This document shows positions 44,730 to 48,369 of a DNA stretch of 48,369 bases, piece after piece. Source of the stretch: Saprolegnia diclina VS20 (taxonomy: Eukaryota); assembly GCF_000281045.1 (NCBI RefSeq), contig NW_008246195.1, positions 59,892 to 108,260 on the forward strand. Reading direction: 5' to 3'. Every line of letters begins with the position of its first letter. The stretch's first letter is position 1. The position numbers and the translations under genes are program-made. Under the pieces are notes generated by a model. That model was given only the letters and a program-made list of their open reading frames with translations. It made no database searches and was not told the DNA's origin.

Positions 44730-46169
44730 TCGATCCCAAATCGAAACTTTTGCAACCTTCTCAAATCGCTGTGATACTTTCAGGGACGCTTTCTCTAGCT
44801 CGAGAGAGGTTGTATGTCGACGCACGTGGCTATCAAAGGCCTGCAAGTATTTGTTTTGAAACTCGCCAACAATTGCTGTTTTATTCCAACATAAATCAGC
44901 TAGATATTCAACGCGAGCCAATACATGGCGCTTTGAGCCTTCATAATTCTAGACAGACCTGTCCTTGGCCACTGAAACGATGCCAGCTCAACCAAGAATG
45001 CGATGCTTGTCAATATTCATGCAAATACTACATCCAGAGCGATGTTGGAAGGAGAGGCTAGGAGCTTACAATGCTCGGGCTCCCGCACTCGTGGTGATCT
45101 AGTCTCACAACGTGTGTGAGGGTATTCTTGCGTCGTCGTATGTCTGAGGTCGCAAAAAGGTCGATTCCTATNNNNNNNNNNNNNNNNNNNNNNNNNNNNN
45201 NNNNNNNNNNNNNNNNNNNNNNNNNNNNNNNNNNNNNNNNNNNNNNNNNNNNNNNNNNNNNNNNNNNNNNNNNNNNNNNNNNNNNNNNNNNNNNNNNNNN
45301 NNNNNNNNNNNNNNNNNNNNNNNNNNNNNNNNNNNNNNNNNNNNNNNNNNNNNNNNNNNNNNNNNNNNNNNNNNNNNNNNNNNNNNNNNNNNNNNNNNNN
45401 NNNNNNNNNNNNNNNNNNNNNNNNNNNNNNNNNNNNNNNNNNNNNNNNNNNNNNNNNNNNNNNNNNNNNNNNNNNNNNNNNNNNNNNNNNNNNNNNNNNN
45501 NNNNNNNNNNNNNNNNNNNNNNNNNNNNNNNNNNNNNNNNNNNNNNNNNNNNNNNNNNNNNNNNNNNNNNNNNNNNNNNNNNNNNNNNNNNNNNNNNNNN
45601 NNNNNNNNNNNNNNNNNNNNNNNNNNNNNNNNNNNNNNNNNNNNNNNNNNNNNNNNNNNNGTGACCAGAGCGCGCGCGCTCTCGGTGGCTACAACCTCGA
45701 GCGCCTCCAGCGTGACGTTCTGCTGCATGCACGCGGCAGCCAGCCCAGAGGCTGCAGGCGGCGAAACGACCCGAGACCGCCCACCGCGAACCTCTCGTCC
45801 CGGCAAGGCGCCTTCACGCCCGTCGCTGCGATGTGCACGCTGCGCTGAGGCCCGTCAAAAGCGCTCTGGCGCACCACGTGCGGAAGAGCGTCGTGTCCAA
45901 CTTACCCAAGGCGCTGCACTCGATCCTCGCGTGCACATCACCCTGCAAGCGCTCTCGACATGAACGTCGAGAAGCAAACGGTCGTCAACTGCCTCGTCTT
46001 GACGCTCCAGGAAGGTGCAGACGCGGTGGCTGCGCTGATGGTCGACAGAATCGATCCGCATCTCGTACGCTGCGACGACCCAGACAACACGACGTTCTTC
46101 AGCACCAAGCGCGCACTCTCCGGCTACTAGATGTATTGTGTCTGAAAATGTAAACGCCATGCAAATTAT

Positions 46170-46345
46170 ACACCTATGTCGACGCAAACCGAGTGCGGCT
46201 GTACAAGTGCTACGTGCTCCCCATCCTTTTGTACAACTGCGGCACATGGGCCCTCACGCCAACGAGTCTGGCGGGCCTCGACAGCTCCCATCGCCGGCAG
46301 CTGCGTCGTCTTTTAGGTATCTTGTACCCGAACACGCTCTCCGAC
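46170..46345 (+). mobile_element. Fragment of a non-LTR retrotransposon (RTE-like, region downstream of the RT core)
   Basis: RLYKCYVLPILLYNCGTWALTPTSLAGLDSSHRRQLRRLLGILYPNTLS matches the typical post-RT motif of RTE-type LINEs (Y...V.P.LLY...TW.L......LD.FHRR.LR..LGI). The RT core itself is not present. Confidence 0.75.
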
Positions 46346-46939
46346 TTGGTGGGTCGGCTTTTGGGTAGAATTCGCGCCATTGACCGCAAGTCTCGGGCAA
46401 TATTCACATTGAGAGTGCGCATTGGGACTGGAAACACTACCAACACCAACCTGCAAAAGTCGTCCAGTGTGAGAGCGTCGCAGGACTTCTTTACAAAGAA
46501 TGTGGTTGTGTCTTATAAGGTCTCCTTCCTTGAGCATGGCAAGATCCCCGTGATGGCGCAGATAGTGCGATTCGGCATCACTCTGGAAAAGCGTTTCGAG
46601 CTCTCTAGGCTACACACGATGGTGCAACTTGCGCTCCGTTCTATACAAAGCAAACTCAAACCCACTACAGCGAAAAGCCATTCTGCATTTTGACCGAAGG
46701 TTGCCATCAAATCGCAATCGCAAACACGCTGCCACGACAGCTTGCGTGTTATTAGCCACATTATCCCTAAATCTGGCGCAGCATCACCAACCAGGGTGCG
46801 CGATCGACCACTTTGCGTTCGAAAACGTAATGACCAAGACTTGGCACATAGATAGAGGACAGAAGACGCTGTGGAGAGCACAAAAAGCGAGGTCGCGTTG
46901 ACGTGCGAGGCGTACAGTAGTAGCGAGAGGCAATCCAAG

Positions 46940-47060
46940 ATGCGCGCCAAACTAAGATCGTAGTGCTACTTAGAGGCACGACATAGATCGTAGTGCCATC
47001 TTAGAAACAGGACGCACTCCAAACTAAGACCGTAGTGTCATCTCAGCGGCAGGACGCCGC
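46940..47060. repeat. Short degenerate tandem repeat, three units of about 35-40 bp
   Basis: Three copies of the core aga(t/c)cgtagtg(c/t), each followed by ..(c)tt/tcag..cag/cacgac. Confidence 0.6.
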
Positions 47061-48369
47061 AGCGCCGACGCCTCTTGTCGACAACATCACGTATGAAAAG
47101 GAATCGCCCATAGTTGGGCCAGTGATAGATGACACTGGAAAGCAGAGCAGACCGCGATTCGTCATCGTTGCAAGCCTACAACGCGTGCAATGCTCGATGC
47201 CAGATTCATCCATTCAAAGCTCGTAAAACGTTAAAAATGCAAATGATCGCATTGAGACGTCGTAGTCTTCGTCTTCTGCACTTGTAGCGACGATTTCCCC
47301 TTTCAGTGGATCGAGATTGCGATTCCCGCTGATCGCAGCGTCCTCATGCGGCATGCGAATGCCACGGCCTACGTCATCGAGGGTCATCTAGGACCGAAGC
47401 CACCCCAAGAACGACCGATGATGACGTCGTGAGCGGCGTCGCAGCCAGCGGCGCCGTTGAGATAGAAAAGCGATTGCGTTTACGCCGAGCGACTATGCGC
47501 TGTGAGGGATATAGTCGATGACAAACTCGACGACGTCGAGCGCAGGTGCGAGGAGTGTGGAAATGGCGCGTCAGCCGCAGCGCCGAGTCGCGCTATCCGG
47601 ATAATACTATCTGGACACCAAGGAAAATTCCAAATTGGGCGCCACGACGAAGAGCCACGCCGCCACCGCCGCAGCAGTAGGCCCTGCGCGCGCGCCGCGC
47701 AGCGTTCGGTGCGTGCGCGACATTTCGCAGCGCAAAGCCAAACGGCGCTCATCTTGAGCGCCTCACGCTTGACGTCCTGCTGCTTGCACACGGCAGCCAA
47801 CACCGAGACCGCTGACCGCGCCGCGACGACATCAAGAACCTCTCGCCCGCCGCGAACCTCTCGCTCGACGTCGCTTCAGATGTGATCTGTGCTGAAGTTA
47901 CCAACGACCGAAGCTTCGAGCCCTCGGCAGTCACCCACCGTGGCCGCACGCCCATGGTCCACGGCATGCTTGGACGAACCTCGTTCTTCAAGGCATCTGC
48001 GCATCGCTGGCTCGCGTTAGACACTAGGTACCACACATATTCGACGCTATTAGCGTCTCACAGATTGATCAGGCTCCGTGTCTGCCCGCGACACACGAAG
48101 TCGACATTTTCGCGCTCTTTCCACGCCTTCTCGTGCTCTCGCACCACCCGCTTGTCATACACGGCGCGCGCAAGTATGCCATTGTGAGCTAGTGCACGTG
48201 TCTCAAGGCTGGTTTGTGTCGACCTCGCGCCGCCGGCTGCGAAGGCGGCCAAGGTTGATGAGATGGTGCTGACGGTGCGTGACCAGTCGACGGCCTTTTT
48301 CACGCGGTGCCGGGTCTCACGGATGCGTACCTCGGGACCAAGCTCTACGCCGCATCGCGCCTTGAGCGC

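Noticed and set aside
45058..45806. ORFs spanning N runs (also 9898-11490 and 27030-27620)
   Set aside because: They are artefacts of translating through assembly gaps.

Overview
Eukaryotic, GC-rich genomic DNA with many very short (about 40-50 bp) GT-AG introns, ciliary genes and oomycete-style core promoters. It is most consistent with an oomycete of the Saprolegniales type; this is inference. The window has two compartments. Positions 1-26.7 kb are gene-dense and mostly housekeeping: BBS8/TTC8, two histidine-phosphatase paralogs, a SEL1-repeat protein, two large multi-pass membrane paralogs, PP2A catalytic subunit, proteasome alpha5, a histone-fold protein, a LysAC-type aspartate kinase, a BART/ARL2BP-like protein, a MED30-like protein, a VTT/TMEM64 protein and glutathione synthetase. 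Positions 26.7-48.4 kb are gene-sparse and repeat-rich. They hold an intronless co-oriented cluster of three RNI-like LRR genes and three small F-box + XPA-like zinc-finger genes, a tiny secreted Cys-rich prepropeptide, a secreted/GPI-like protein, an aquaglyceroporin and retrotransposon debris. The most notable observations are the F-box/XPA-like family, a nested ~500 bp fold-back inverted duplication at 14.07-14.56 kb, the Cys-rich prepropeptide, a 94-bp identical tract between otherwise diverged paralogs, and a degenerate duplicated bidirectional promoter. There are three N gaps (10949-11394, 27204-27303, 45172-45660). All family calls rest on motifs recognised by eye; no searches were run.
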